A DNA stretch of 64,000 bases from Sulfurimonas sp. (GTDB taxonomy: Bacteria; Campylobacterota; Campylobacteria; Campylobacterales; Sulfurimonadaceae), in NCBI GenBank assembly GCA_015488615.1, contig WFNM01000021.1, positions 58-64,057 of the forward strand. Direction: 5' to 3'. Both the position numbers and the translations under genes were made by a program. Below, piece by piece: positions 44,401 through 55,559 of the stretch. Within the stretch, counting starts at the first letter, position 1; each line of letters opens with the position of its first letter. Below the pieces are notes generated by a model. That model was given only the letters and a program-made list of their open reading frames with translations, did no database searches and had not been told where the DNA came from.

Positions 44401-45075
44401 ATGAATATAAATTTACAAAAAATTGAGGATAGTTCACACATTCTCTTAGTAGCAGATAGTAGTAGTTTTTTTAATGCAAGTGCACTCTATACTTATCTCT
44501 TGACACTTCATAAAAAGGTCTCATTGCAGACAAAAGAGGAGTTGCCTAAAAAGTTTTCATTTGCTTCTTGGTTCGAGAAATCTCGTTTACTTGCGAAGTC
44601 AAATGCAGAATATATTGTTAAAGTGAATAGTAATACACAAAAACTCTATACTTTTTTTGTAGAAAATGAGATAAAAATAAATCAGAAGATGGCAACATCT
44701 TTGTATGCTGGAATGCTTGAGCAATTTAAAGTATTCAGCTCGGCAGAGTGTGATGGCATAGTATTTGCTACTGTTTCACAACTTATAGCCCTTAAAGCAG
44801 AGTACAAAAAGTGTAACGACTGTTTAGTTTATTCAGAGTCTCTCTCTTTCTTACGTCTCAAGAGTCTTCTTTTAGGGACACTTAGTCTAAAAAGAGAAGC
44901 GAATGTGGCTGAGCTTTTTTTGAGTGAGAAGCAACTAAAAGAGAGTGGGGCAAATCTTGAAGATGCTTATGCATTGATGGATGAAGCTTTAAGGCTTGTA
45001 CATGTAAAAGAAGTGAAACTGATAAAGTCTGACGAAAATAATAAAATTTTAAAAATATTGAAGGAAAAAATTTGA
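44401..45075 (+). CDS. Degenerate DHH/NrnA-like protein
   Basis: HILLVA..., ASALYTYL, KINQKMATSLYAG resemble DHH-family segments, but no DHH motif is visible. Confidence 0.5.
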   Translation: MNINLQKIEDSSHILLVADSSSFFNASALYTYLLTLHKKVSLQTKEELPKKFSFASWFEKSRLLAKSNAEYIVKVNSNTQKLYTFFVENEIKINQKMATSLYAGMLEQFKVFSSAECDGIVFATVSQLIALKAEYKKCNDCLVYSESLSFLRLKSLLLGTLSLKREANVAELFLSEKQLKESGANLEDAYALMDEALRLVHVKEVKLIKSDENNKILKILKEKI

Positions 45076-46436
45076 GAAAAAAGAATAATGGTTCATTTGG
45101 TTTAATTTTAGGTCTAGTTATTGTTGTTGGTGGTACTCTTTTTGTTTATTTTTCTTCTATGTTTGAACGTAATGCTCCTGTTATTAGTATGTCTACTAGT
45201 AAGTACTGGAACCTAAAAAAACCTTTAAATATAAAGATAGATGATCAGAGTGGTATTAAATCTTATAAAATAACTATGAAAAGTCCTACAGAATCTAAAG
45301 TTCTTCAATATGAACAACTTATTACTCCTGAAAAATCTCTTTCTATAAGTGTAGCCCCTCTAAGAAGTGCTTATGCTATGAAAGAAAAAAATATAGAGAT
45401 TATTATAGAGGCAAATGATGTAAGTAAGTGGAATTTCTTAGCAGGAAATAGTGTCCGTAAAGTTTTTAAATTTACAATAGATAAAAAACGTCCACAACTA
45501 AGTATTGTTAGTAATTCCTATAAAATTTCTCATGGTGGTTCTGCTCTTGTAATTTTTAGAGCAACTGATGCAAATCTCAAAGATCTATATATAGAAAGCA
45601 TAAATGGTAAAAAATTTATTCCTCAACCATTTTATAAAGATGGCTATTATATTTCACTTCTAGCATGGCCAGTAAAAGCAGATAACTTTAAGGCAACTGT
45701 TGTAGCTATTGACTTAGCAGGTAATGTAGCAAAGTCTTATGTTCCTCTTTATCTTAAAAATAGAACTTATAAAGTTTCAAAAATTAACATAAGTGAAAAA
45801 TTTTTGCAAAAGACTGCAAATTTAGCAGATCAATTTCCAGAAACACAAGGAATAACAGATGCACTTGAACAGTTTAAGATACTTAATGGTGAAGTAAGAA
45901 ATCAGAATGAGGCACTTATTCATAAGCTTTCATCTGTTGTTGATAAAGATGAAAAGATTAATAATTTTAAAATAAATAAGATGTATCCACTTAAAAATGC
46001 AGCAGTAGTAGCACGTTTTGGAGATCACAGAAAATACTATTATAAGGGTAAGTATTTAACTGACTCTTATCACTTAGGACTTGATCTCGCTTCAAATGCA
46101 ATGGCTGTTATAAGGTCTCAAAATAGAGGAACAGTTGTTTTTGCGGACTTTAACGGTCTTTATGGGAATATGCCAATGATTTCACATGGCTTAGGTCTTT
46201 ATACTATTTATGGACACTGTTCAAGTATTAAAGTAAGTGTAGGCGAAGAAGTTAGTAAAAATCAGATAATAGCAAATACAGGAGCAACTGGATATGCTAT
46301 GGGTGACCATTTACATTTTGGTGTTTTAGTCCAAGGTATAGAAGTCCGCCCACAGGAGTGGATGGATAGAAAGTGGATGAAACTTAATATTACAAATGTA
46401 ATAAAGAGTGCAAAAAAAATTATAAATAGAAATTAG
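45072..46436 (+). CDS. M23 family metallopeptidase (peptidoglycan)
   Basis: HLGLD, YGH, GDHLHF; N-terminal TM. Confidence 0.88.
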   Translation: MRKKNNGSFGLILGLVIVVGGTLFVYFSSMFERNAPVISMSTSKYWNLKKPLNIKIDDQSGIKSYKITMKSPTESKVLQYEQLITPEKSLSISVAPLRSAYAMKEKNIEIIIEANDVSKWNFLAGNSVRKVFKFTIDKKRPQLSIVSNSYKISHGGSALVIFRATDANLKDLYIESINGKKFIPQPFYKDGYYISLLAWPVKADNFKATVVAIDLAGNVAKSYVPLYLKNRTYKVSKINISEKFLQKTANLADQFPETQGITDALEQFKILNGEVRNQNEALIHKLSSVVDKDEKINNFKINKMYPLKNAAVVARFGDHRKYYYKGKYLTDSYHLGLDLASNAMAVIRSQNRGTVVFADFNGLYGNMPMISHGLGLYTIYGHCSSIKVSVGEEVSKNQIIANTGATGYAMGDHLHFGVLVQGIEVRPQEWMDRKWMKLNITNVIKSAKKIINRN

Positions 46437-46447
46437 AGGGGATAGTT

Positions 46448-47332
46448 ATGTATCAAACAACTATTAAAAAGAGTGTTGAACTCGTTGGGATTGGTCTACA
46501 TAAAGGCTCTCCAGTAAAGTTAAGATTAGAACCCCTTGAATCAAACAGCGGTATAGTTTTTTATAGAAGTGATGTAGATGTTTCGATTCCTCTTATCCCT
46601 GAGAATGTTGTCGATACAAAGATGGCGACCGTGATAGGAAAAGATGGGCATATAATCTCTACAATAGAGCATCTTCTCTCTGCTGTATATGCTTATGGGA
46701 TTGACAATTTACGTGTCATAGTTGACGCTGATGAAGTGCCTGTTATGGATGGAAGTAGTGCAAGTTACTGTATGCTTTTAGATGAGGCAGAAGTGATCCA
46801 ACTTGATGTGCCTAAAAAGATTATGCGCATAAAAAAAGAGATAGAGGTAAAAGAGGGTGAAAAGTATGTAAAACTCTCTCCTGCACCTGATCTTCAGTAT
46901 GATTTTACTATTAAGTTTCCACATCCTGTGATACAAAAACAGGAATTTGTCCTCAAGTTCACAAAAGAGTCTTACAAGAAAGAGATTTCTCGTGCACGTA
47001 CTTTTGGTTTTTTACATGAAGTACAGTATTTGCGTTCAAAAGGTTTAGCACTTGGTGGCTCTCTTGAAAATGCGATAGTCTTAGACGAGAAGAAAATTCT
47101 CAACCCTGAAGGACTGCGTTTTGAGGATGAGTTTGTCCGTCATAAAATACTTGATGCAATTGGGGATATGTCTCTCATCGGTATGAACTTTATAGGTAAT
47201 TATGAGGCACTTGCAGGGAGTCATGATCTTAACCACAAGCTTACTTTAGCACTTTTAGCGGATGCTGAGAACTATGAAGTAGTTGAGTTAGTTGGTGAGA
47301 AAACAAAAGAGCTAGAAAAAGCATATGCCTAA
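46448..47332 (+). CDS. lpxC: UDP-3-O-acyl-GlcNAc deacetylase
   Basis: [30 protein letters not shown]. Confidence 0.96.
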   Translation: MYQTTIKKSVELVGIGLHKGSPVKLRLEPLESNSGIVFYRSDVDVSIPLIPENVVDTKMATVIGKDGHIISTIEHLLSAVYAYGIDNLRVIVDADEVPVMDGSSASYCMLLDEAEVIQLDVPKKIMRIKKEIEVKEGEKYVKLSPAPDLQYDFTIKFPHPVIQKQEFVLKFTKESYKKEISRARTFGFLHEVQYLRSKGLALGGSLENAIVLDEKKILNPEGLRFEDEFVRHKILDAIGDMSLIGMNFIGNYEALAGSHDLNHKLTLALLADAENYEVVELVGEKTKELEKAYA

Positions 47333-47786
47333 GGTTGATTTACTTTTTATAACACTTACCTCTCCTATACTTATAGGTGTTTATAAAGAAGGGAAACTTA
47401 TACAAAGTGTAGTGTCTCAGGAAAAAAGCTCTGATGTCCTTCCTCTTCTTTTTAAAGAACTCCAAGCAAAATACACTATAGAAAAACTTCTTTATGCAAA
47501 TGGACCTGGAAGTTTTATGGCGATAAAAGTTGCTTATGTATTTTTAAAATCTATGAGTATTTTAAAGAAAATCCCACTTTATGCTACAGATGCCTTTTAT
47601 TTTAATAATAATCAGCCAATAAAAGCGATAGGTAAGTTACATTTCGTTAAAGTTGCATCAGAAATAAAAACTCAAAAATTTGAGTCCGCACAAGAAGTAA
47701 ATTTTAGACTTCCGGATATGTTGGATTTAAATGAGTTTAGCACAGATGCAGCACCACTATATAAAATAGGTGCTGTTGGACAATAG
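47325..47786 (+). CDS. tsaB: TsaB-like glycoprotease family protein
   Basis: [13 protein letters not shown]; lies between lpxC and thrB. Confidence 0.7.
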   Translation: MPKVDLLFITLTSPILIGVYKEGKLIQSVVSQEKSSDVLPLLFKELQAKYTIEKLLYANGPGSFMAIKVAYVFLKSMSILKKIPLYATDAFYFNNNQPIKAIGKLHFVKVASEIKTQKFESAQEVNFRLPDMLDLNEFSTDAAPLYKIGAVGQ

Positions 47787-47796
47787 GAAGTAAGTA

Positions 47797-48678
47797 GTGA
47801 TAATAAGTGTACCCGCAACATCAGCAAACTTAGGGCCAGGATTTGACTCTTTAGGATTAGCTGTAGATCTTAGAAACAGAGTCGAGTTCCATCCATCGAA
47901 ATTTTTTAGTGTGAGTATAAAAGGTGAGGGTGAGAATAACCCACGTTTAAAAGGTAATAATCTTTTTATCTCTATCTTTAATGATCACTATTCACGTTTA
48001 ACAAAGAAAAAACAAAATTTTAAGTTCACTTTTTTTAACTCTATCCCTATGTCTCGTGGACTTGGTAGCTCTTCTGCTGTTATTGTTGCAGCTATAGCTT
48101 CAGCTCATGAAGCAGCCGGGATTAGAGTGAGTAAACGTCGTATCTTAAACCATGCACTTGTGTATGAATCTCATCCAGATAATATAACTCCAGCAGTTAT
48201 GGGTGGATTTAATGCAGCAACAGTTGAGAAAAATAAGGTTTTTTCTCAAAGAAAACATCTACCAGACTATCTCAAGGCTGTAGTAGTAATACCAAATAAG
48301 CAAATGAATACATCAAAATCCCGTACAACATTGCCAAAGTCATATTCAAAAGAGAATGCAGTTTATAATCTTTCACATACTGCATTGACAGTTGCAGCAT
48401 TTTTTAATGAAGATTGGGAAATGTTAAAACTTGCGGCACAAGATAGATTTCATCAAAAAGCACGTATGAAGACTCTTCCTGAATTATTCGCAGTTCAGAA
48501 AACTGCATATGAGTCAGGTGCCCTTATGAGCACACTCTCAGGGAGTGGAAGTACTTTTTTCTCTCTTGTATATGATGATGATGCATCGATGATGGCAAAC
48601 AAATTTTCTCAAAAATTTCCAGACTACGGTGTGAAAATTTTAGATTTTGATAACAATGGGCTCTTAATAGAGCGATAA
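47797..48678 (+). CDS. thrB: Homoserine kinase
   Basis: [32 protein letters not shown]. Confidence 0.95.
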   Translation: MIISVPATSANLGPGFDSLGLAVDLRNRVEFHPSKFFSVSIKGEGENNPRLKGNNLFISIFNDHYSRLTKKKQNFKFTFFNSIPMSRGLGSSSAVIVAAIASAHEAAGIRVSKRRILNHALVYESHPDNITPAVMGGFNAATVEKNKVFSQRKHLPDYLKAVVVIPNKQMNTSKSRTTLPKSYSKENAVYNLSHTALTVAAFFNEDWEMLKLAAQDRFHQKARMKTLPELFAVQKTAYESGALMSTLSGSGSTFFSLVYDDDASMMANKFSQKFPDYGVKILDFDNNGLLIER

Positions 48679-48709
48679 GCCCTATTAAATAAAGTAAGAT
48701 TTAGATATA

Positions 48710-48967
48710 ATGGCGAAAAATTTGCATCAACCAACAAGAATGTGTGTTTCATGTCGTGAACGTGAGAACCAGTCGAAGATGCTTCGACTTACTTGTAAAG
48801 ATGGAAACTTACGTTCATTTGAAGGAGTAGGCAGAAGTTTTTACTTATGCACTACTTGTTTAAAAGATGAAAAAAAAACCTCTAAGGTTTTGATGCGTCA
48901 ATGCAAAAATAACCAAAGAGAACAACATATGAACAACCTAAAGGAGATCATCACTGATGACAGATAA
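48710..48967 (+). CDS. YlxR/DUF448 family protein
   Basis: [19 protein letters not shown]; directly upstream of infB. Confidence 0.82.
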   Translation: MAKNLHQPTRMCVSCRERENQSKMLRLTCKDGNLRSFEGVGRSFYLCTTCLKDEKKTSKVLMRQCKNNQREQHMNNLKEIITDDR

Positions 48968-51596
48968 AGTTAGTATTAAAGAAATTGCAGACGAGCTAGG
49001 AATTACTTCTAAAGATGTTTTAGAAAAAGCAAAAAATATGGGCATAGAAGTAAAAGCAGCACAGAGCAAGGTTACTATGGAACAAGCAGAAGGTATAGCA
49101 AACTTCATAATGAATGGTGAAGATGAAAAACCAGCTCCAAAGAAACCAACAATAATTAAAAAAGCTAAAACTGAAACTCCAAAAGAAGAAGTAGCAGTTA
49201 AAGCAACTCCTGAAGCTCCAAAAGCAGAAGAAGTGAAATCTGAAGTAACTCCAGAGGTTCCAACTGTAAAAGAAGAGCCAGCTAAAGAAGTAGCTAGTGA
49301 AACTATAAAAACAGAAGAAACTCCTGCAGAAGAAAAACCAGAAGTAGTTGCTGCACCTGTAAAAGAGAAACCAAAGTCTACTCTTAGAGTTGTTACACCA
49401 GTTTCCAGACCGGGGCTTAAAAAGTCAGGTCTAAAGATTGTTAAAAAGAAAAGACCAAAAGTAGAAGAGAACTATAACCTTCCACAAAAACAAGCTTCAG
49501 TATCTTCATATGGAAAGATGAGTGCTGAAGTACTTGCCGAACTTGCACAGAAGAAAAACAGAAAAACTGGAAATTCGTCTAATGCTAGAAAACAAGAGCA
49601 GGGTAAACGAATGGACATCTTTGGTGGTTCTATGAGCGATGTATCTATGGATATGGATGACCAAGTTGTTCTTCTTGACTTAAACTCAACAGAGAGAGCT
49701 CCTCTTCCTGCTGAACAGCCAAGGAAACCACGTCCTCCAAAACCAGCTGGACGTAATGGTAATAAGAAAGCGGCTCCACGTGGACGTAAAGTACGTAAAG
49801 ACAAACGTAAAAAATATTCAAAAGTGAATCAAGAAGAAGAGATTGTAACTCAGGTAGAAATTCCTGAAGATATTCGTGTTTATGAGTTTGCAGAAGCTCT
49901 TAAGCGTCCTATTACGGACATTATAAAAGTTCTTTTTGATCTTGGTATGATGATGACGAAAAATGATTTTCTTGGAAATGATGAGATTGAAATTCTTTCT
50001 GAAGAATTCGATGTTGAAGTAACGATTATTGATCCTAAAGATGAGTTCACTCAAGAAGTTGAGGATATCGAAGAAGATCCTGATGCAACTGAAAGAGCTC
50101 CAGTAATTACTATTATGGGTCATGTTGATCATGGTAAAACATCACTTCTTGATGCTATCCGTGAGGCAAAAGTAACTGATGGTGAAGCTGGTGGAATTAC
50201 ACAACACATTGGTGCTTATACTATTGAGCAAAACAAAAAAGCTATTACCTTTATAGATACACCGGGACACGCGGCATTTAGCCATATGCGTCAAAAAGGT
50301 ACAGAGATTACAGATATAATTGTTATTGTTGTTGCTGCTGATGATGGTGTGAAACCTCAGACTTTAGAAGTTATTAAACTTGCTAAAGAGTCTGGTGCTC
50401 CTATTATTGTTGCACTGAATAAAATGGATAAAGAGACTGCTCAACCAGATATGGTGAAAGGTCAGATGGCAGAACATGGTATTAATCCTGTTGACTGGGG
50501 TGGAGATATTCCATTCGTAGCAGTTTCTGCAAAATCTAAAATGGGTATTGATGAGTTACTAGAAGAGATTCTTACTACTGCTGAGATACTAGAGCTTAAA
50601 GCAAACACAAATACACTGGCTAAAGCTGCTGTTATTGAGTCTTCTTTAGAAAAAGGTCGTGGTCCAGTTGCTACGGTAATCGTTCAAAATGGTACTCTTA
50701 AAGTTGGAGACTATGTAGTTTGTGGTGCCGCATATGGTCGTGTTAAAGCGATGTTAGATGAGCATAAAAAGCAAGTGAAAACTCTTTTACCATCTCATAC
50801 AGCAGTAGTTGCTGGTCTAAATGAAGTTCCAGCTTCTGGTGAGATAATGACAGTTATGGAAGATGAGAAAGAAGCGAAAGCTTACGCTCTTAAACGCCAC
50901 GAGTATGACAGACATAAAGAACTTTCAGTTTCTATGAAATCTTCATTAGAAGATATGACAGCTATGATTAAAGAGGGTAAACTTAAATCTCTTAAAGTTG
51001 TACTTAAAACTGATGTTCATGGTACACTTGAAGCTATTAGAAGCTCTATTCTTGAACTCCGTAATGATGAAGTTAAGGTTAACATCATCTCTAGTGGTGT
51101 AGGTGGTATTACAGAAAATGATGTTGAACTTGTAAATAACTCTGAAAACTGTGTACTTCTTGGATTTAATGTTCGTCCTACTGGTGCTGTTAAAGCAAGT
51201 GCGAAACAAAAAGGTGTTGAGATTAAGACTTACTCAATTATCTACCAGCTCATCGATGATATTACTGGTATGCTTACTGGTATGATGGCTCCAAAATATA
51301 CTGAAGAGAATACTGGTCAAGCAGAAGTTCGTGAAGTATTTAAAATACCTAAGGGTGTTGTTGCTGGATCTGTTGTTGTTGACGGTCGCCTTATCCGTGG
51401 TGGTATGGTTCGTGTTATTCGTGATGGAGTTGTTCACTATGAAGGTGAGCTTACTTCGCTTAAACGCTTTAAAGATGATGTTGAAGAGATTGGAAATGGT
51501 TATGAGTGTGGTGTTGTTATCAGTGGTTATGACGATGTTGTACCTGGTGATGTTCTTGAAACATTCAAAAAAGTTGAGCAGAAAGTAGAGTTATAG
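48957..51596 (+). CDS. infB: Translation initiation factor IF-2
   Basis: [21 protein letters not shown]. Confidence 0.97.
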   Translation: MTDKVSIKEIADELGITSKDVLEKAKNMGIEVKAAQSKVTMEQAEGIANFIMNGEDEKPAPKKPTIIKKAKTETPKEEVAVKATPEAPKAEEVKSEVTPEVPTVKEEPAKEVASETIKTEETPAEEKPEVVAAPVKEKPKSTLRVVTPVSRPGLKKSGLKIVKKKRPKVEENYNLPQKQASVSSYGKMSAEVLAELAQKKNRKTGNSSNARKQEQGKRMDIFGGSMSDVSMDMDDQVVLLDLNSTERAPLPAEQPRKPRPPKPAGRNGNKKAAPRGRKVRKDKRKKYSKVNQEEEIVTQVEIPEDIRVYEFAEALKRPITDIIKVLFDLGMMMTKNDFLGNDEIEILSEEFDVEVTIIDPKDEFTQEVEDIEEDPDATERAPVITIMGHVDHGKTSLLDAIREAKVTDGEAGGITQHIGAYTIEQNKKAITFIDTPGHAAFSHMRQKGTEITDIIVIVVAADDGVKPQTLEVIKLAKESGAPIIVALNKMDKETAQPDMVKGQMAEHGINPVDWGGDIPFVAVSAKSKMGIDELLEEILTTAEILELKANTNTLAKAAVIESSLEKGRGPVATVIVQNGTLKVGDYVVCGAAYGRVKAMLDEHKKQVKTLLPSHTAVVAGLNEVPASGEIMTVMEDEKEAKAYALKRHEYDRHKELSVSMKSSLEDMTAMIKEGKLKSLKVVLKTDVHGTLEAIRSSILELRNDEVKVNIISSGVGGITENDVELVNNSENCVLLGFNVRPTGAVKASAKQKGVEIKTYSIIYQLIDDITGMLTGMMAPKYTEENTGQAEVREVFKIPKGVVAGSVVVDGRLIRGGMVRVIRDGVVHYEGELTSLKRFKDDVEEIGNGYECGVVISGYDDVVPGDVLETFKKVEQKVEL

Positions 51597-51600
51597 ACTC

Positions 51601-51969
51601 ATGACTGAAGCACAAATAAAAATCAAGAGAACGGAATCCGTTCTCTTAGAACTTATCCCTCAAGCACTTGGTCAGATGAATGACAAGAGACTTCATGCGT
51701 TAGATATCATTGAAGTTTCCTGTTCACGTGGAAAAAGTGATGCAAAAGTATATATTAATCCTCATGACTTAACAGAACAAGAAAAACGCGATTACTTAAA
51801 ACTTTTAAGAAATGCACGTCCTATTGTCGAGACATATTGTCTCAAAGATCAAGGTTGGTATAGATGTCCAAAGTTTACTTTTGAGTTTGATGAGCAGATA
51901 GCGAAGTCAAAAAATATAGATGATCTTTTTAGTAAGATAGCAAATAGAACAAAAACAGAGGAAACATAA
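51601..51969 (+). CDS. rbfA: Ribosome-binding factor A
   Basis: Follows infB; SDAKVY, CPKFTFEFD. Confidence 0.88.
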   Translation: MTEAQIKIKRTESVLLELIPQALGQMNDKRLHALDIIEVSCSRGKSDAKVYINPHDLTEQEKRDYLKLLRNARPIVETYCLKDQGWYRCPKFTFEFDEQIAKSKNIDDLFSKIANRTKTEET

Positions 51970-52418
51970 TGAGCCTACAGAGTGATATAGAATCAATAGT
52001 TAAATCAGTTGATTTAGAACTTTATGATGCAGTTATTGTCAGTGAAAATGATGAGACTATCTACCGTGTGAGTGTTATGTCTACTGAAGTTGAAGATGGC
52101 AAACGCAAGGGTGTAAGTCTGGACACTTGTGTAGAACTTACTCATATGATCTCTCCACTTCTTGATGTTACACCTCCTGTTTCTGGAGATTATCGACTAG
52201 AAGTTGGAACAGCTGGAATCGAGAGAAAGCTTACGAATATCGGTCACTTCAAAAAAAGTGTTGGCGAAAAAGTTTCAGTTCTTTACTCAGGAAAAGAGAA
52301 AGCTCGTGGTGTTCTCAAAAAGGTGGAAGGCTCCGCTCTTTTTATCGAGACAGCAGATGATACAGTTGAAATTGAGTTCAATGATGTTATCAAAGCAAAA
52401 ACATACTTCGAGTGGTAG
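51969..52418 (+). CDS. rimP: Ribosome maturation factor RimP
   Basis: GVSLDTC...SPLLDV, YRLEV...GIERKL. Confidence 0.88.
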   Translation: MSLQSDIESIVKSVDLELYDAVIVSENDETIYRVSVMSTEVEDGKRKGVSLDTCVELTHMISPLLDVTPPVSGDYRLEVGTAGIERKLTNIGHFKKSVGEKVSVLYSGKEKARGVLKKVEGSALFIETADDTVEIEFNDVIKAKTYFEW

Positions 52419-52429
52419 ATAGCATTTAG

Positions 52430-53446
52430 ATGCAAATCGATAATGATTTCTACATCTCTCTTGCCTTGCAAGAAGCATGGAAGTATCAAGGTCTCACCTA
52501 TCCAAATCCAGCTGTTGGTTGCACAGTAGTTGGTGAGTCAGGAGAGATCTTAGCAGTAGAAGCACACCACAAAGCTGGTGGTCCTCATGCAGAAGTAAAT
52601 GCTCTCAAGCAGGCTTACTATAAACTCACACAAGATTCTTATATCTTAGCACTTGAAGATTCAAGCGATATTCATACCCACCTTTTATCAAATCATAATG
52701 GTATTTTTGCCAATGCAACACTTTACTCTACACTAGAACCTTGTGCACACTCTGGAAAAACACCCTCTTGTGCATGGCTAATAGCTGAACTTGGTATAAA
52801 AGAGGTTTATGTTGGCTCTTATGATGCAAACCCTATAGCAAGTCGTGGTAATGATATCTTGAATAAAAATGATTGTCTTGTGCATAGTGAACTACTAAAA
52901 GAAAAATGCGATGCACTCCTTGCCCCTTTTAACTCTTGGCAAGAGAATCAGTTTATCTTTTTCAAGTGGGCACAGCGTTTAAACGCGACTGTTGATGCTG
53001 GAAATGTAAGCTCAGTGGACTCAAGGACTAATGTGCATGCTATGAGAGATGTTTGTGATCTCCTCGTTATAGGTGGCAATACTGTAAGAGAAGATAGACC
53101 AACACTAGATTCGCGTTTAGTAGATGGTAAGGCACCTGATATTTTGATACTCTCTCTAGAAAATGAGTTTGACAGAACTATTCCTCTTTTTGAAGTTACA
53201 GATCGTAAAGTTTTTATTGAAAGTGATTTTGAGAGACTTAAAGGGTATAAAAATATTATGATTGAGGGTACTGCTACTATGTTTACTCTGACTCGTGATA
53301 TTGTCGACTATTATCTTTGTTACTTAGCACCTAGTTTTGCAGGAAGTAAGACTATTGGAAGTAGTGATGAAAAGTTCGAGATTTTAAACGTCAGACAAGC
53401 AGATCAAGATATAATTATGTGGATGAAAAGGATAGAAAAAATATGA
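52430..53446 (+). CDS. ribD: Riboflavin biosynthesis protein RibD
   Basis: PNPAVG, HAEVNAL, TLEPCAHSGKTPSC, DRPTLDSR. Confidence 0.93.
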   Translation: MQIDNDFYISLALQEAWKYQGLTYPNPAVGCTVVGESGEILAVEAHHKAGGPHAEVNALKQAYYKLTQDSYILALEDSSDIHTHLLSNHNGIFANATLYSTLEPCAHSGKTPSCAWLIAELGIKEVYVGSYDANPIASRGNDILNKNDCLVHSELLKEKCDALLAPFNSWQENQFIFFKWAQRLNATVDAGNVSSVDSRTNVHAMRDVCDLLVIGGNTVREDRPTLDSRLVDGKAPDILILSLENEFDRTIPLFEVTDRKVFIESDFERLKGYKNIMIEGTATMFTLTRDIVDYYLCYLAPSFAGSKTIGSSDEKFEILNVRQADQDIIMWMKRIEKI

Positions 53447-54177
53447 GCTCACACGGTAAACAAAACAGACAAAAGCAAGAAAAAATAGTAGAAATGTTCG
53501 ATGATATAGCACCAACATATGACACAGCAAATCGTGTTATGAGTATGGGAGTTGATAAGTCATGGAGAAGAAAAGCATGTGACCTCTCTTATGAGTTCTC
53601 AGCAAAAGACTCTATAGAAAGAATCGTCGATGTAGCTTGTGGTACAGGTGATATGATGGACTTTTGGAGAGATCGTGCACAGAAGTCGGGTATAGCTATC
53701 GGTGAGATAGTTGGAGTTGACCCTTCTGTCGGTATGGTGGATGTAGCTCGTAAAAAGTATCCTAAATTTAACTATCATATCTCTAAAGCAACAGAAATTC
53801 CTCTTGAAGATGCAAGTGCTGATATTTTAAGTATCACTTATGGTATCCGTAATGTAGTAGAACGTGAAGCTGCGTTAGTAGAGTTTAACCGTGTACTTAA
53901 AAAAGATGGACTTGTGGTCATTCTAGAATTTATGAAAAATGAAAATCCATCATTTTTAAGTAAGATAATGAATTTCTATACAAATAAAATACTTCCAAAA
54001 GTTGGTGGTTTTATCTCTAAAAACTTAGAAGCCTATGAGTATCTACCAAATTCTATAGAAACTTTCTCAACAGTTGCAAATATGCAAAATGAACTTAAAG
54101 CTGCTGGATTTGAAATGCTTTATACAAAAAGTTTTTCTATGGATATCTCTACACTCTTAATTGCTCGTAAAAAATAA
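53443..54177 (+). CDS. ubiE: Demethylmenaquinone methyltransferase (UbiE/MenG)
   Basis: MFDDIAPTYDTANRVMSMG, DVACGTGD, GIRNV, AYEYLPNSI; ATGA overlap with ribD. Confidence 0.9.
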   Translation: MSSHGKQNRQKQEKIVEMFDDIAPTYDTANRVMSMGVDKSWRRKACDLSYEFSAKDSIERIVDVACGTGDMMDFWRDRAQKSGIAIGEIVGVDPSVGMVDVARKKYPKFNYHISKATEIPLEDASADILSITYGIRNVVEREAALVEFNRVLKKDGLVVILEFMKNENPSFLSKIMNFYTNKILPKVGGFISKNLEAYEYLPNSIETFSTVANMQNELKAAGFEMLYTKSFSMDISTLLIARKK

Positions 54178-54186
54178 GTTGATACT

Positions 54187-54688
54187 ATGACTATAGAAGA
54201 TAGACTCTCAAATTTTATGACAGATGATGAGAAGGATATCCTCAAAAGTATGATGCTTAAAGATAATCTTTATAGGCAAGATATTTATTACAATAATTAT
54301 CTTAAACAATTAGAAAAGAAGTATCTTAAAAAAAATACAAAATATTTTTACATAGTTCTAATACTTATTATTGCATCTTTTGTTTATTTTTGAAATGAAA
54401 AACATATTTCCTTCAAAAACAATATTAGTTTCTCATAAAAGTACTAATATTAGATATAACACTGTAAGTAAAGTAAAAAAAGCAGAAAAAAAGAGTCTAC
54501 CTGATAGAGTGAAACAGAAAAAATCAGTGGTACTGAAGTTCAATTTTGGATATTGTACAGAAAAAGAGTGCATAATTAATGTTTACAATAGTGCTAAGCA
54601 AAGAGATGAATATATGACATTGAATCTAAAATATAAAGAATTTATACTTTCTTTACATAAAGGTAGCTCTTTTAGATTGGCAAAATAG
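54187..54688 (+). pseudogene. Single-TM hypothetical protein apparently split by a 1-nt frameshift (ORFs 54187-54393 and 54371-54688)
   Basis: Removing one T from the T-run at about 54387-54391 reads ...SFVYF-EMKNIFPS... and joins the two ORFs. Confidence 0.5.
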
Positions 54689-54783
54689 CTATATAAAATA
54701 TTTATTTTAACTATTTCTTGAATTGTCATTATTAATGTATACCATGCTATAATACTATCAACTAGAAGTATAAGGTTGATAGT

Positions 54784-55107
54784 ATGAAAATGATTGGTAT
54801 AAAAGATTTGCAGGTGAATCCTGCAGTTTTGACAAAATCACTCGAGTCTCATGAGTACTCGATGATTACTAAACACTCAAAGCCTATAGGGCTTGCTGTT
54901 GCATTTGATGATGCTATTATCTCTTTGGGACTTCAAAAAGCTCTGCTTATAGATGCTTATAAAAATTCACTTCTCTCTTTAGGACAACTCACAAAGTCTT
55001 TAAATACTTCAAAAAAAGAGACATTGAAAATGCTCTCTTTAATGAATATAGATATAATAGAGTATGATTTTAAAGATGATCTTGTATATTTAGATACTTT
55101 TTTATGA
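54784..55107 (+). CDS. Putative antitoxin (Phd-like N-terminus, UPF0175-like HTH C-terminus)
   Basis: IGIKDL...ITKHSKPIG; YKNSLLSLGQ; ATGA overlap with the PIN gene. Confidence 0.72.
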   Translation: MKMIGIKDLQVNPAVLTKSLESHEYSMITKHSKPIGLAVAFDDAIISLGLQKALLIDAYKNSLLSLGQLTKSLNTSKKETLKMLSLMNIDIIEYDFKDDLVYLDTFL

Positions 55108-55559
55108 TAATTAGCGATTCTACATCATTGATTATCTTATTTGATTTAGAGAGAGTGGAACTTCTTTCTAATCTGTTCGCGAAAATTTATATTCCAGATG
55201 CAGTTTATGAAGAGATAAATTTTAAAGAAGTTATCACTCTTCCAAGTTTTATAGAAATAGTAAAAGTAGAAAATTCAGAACTTCTAAACTCTTTAAAAAA
55301 TCTTTTAGATATTGGAGAGAGTGAGGCAATTACTCTAGCAAAAGAGAAAAGCTTATCGCTTATCATAGATGAAAAAAAAGGTCGAAAAATAGCACAAACT
55401 CTTGATGTTCAAATTATTGGACTACTAGGCATTATTTACTTAAATGTTAAAAAAGAATTTTTGAGTAAGAAAGAAGCAGAGCAATTTTTACTTTCAGCGA
55501 TAAATCATGGATACAGAATTAACAAAAAACTCATAGATGATATGATGGAGTCACTCTAA
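55104..55559 (+). CDS. PIN-domain protein (DUF3368/VapC-like toxin)
   Basis: IISDSTSLI, IPDAVYEE, LDIGESEAI, IIDEKKGR. Confidence 0.85.
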   Translation: MIISDSTSLIILFDLERVELLSNLFAKIYIPDAVYEEINFKEVITLPSFIEIVKVENSELLNSLKNLLDIGESEAITLAKEKSLSLIIDEKKGRKIAQTLDVQIIGLLGIIYLNVKKEFLSKKEAEQFLLSAINHGYRINKKLIDDMMESL

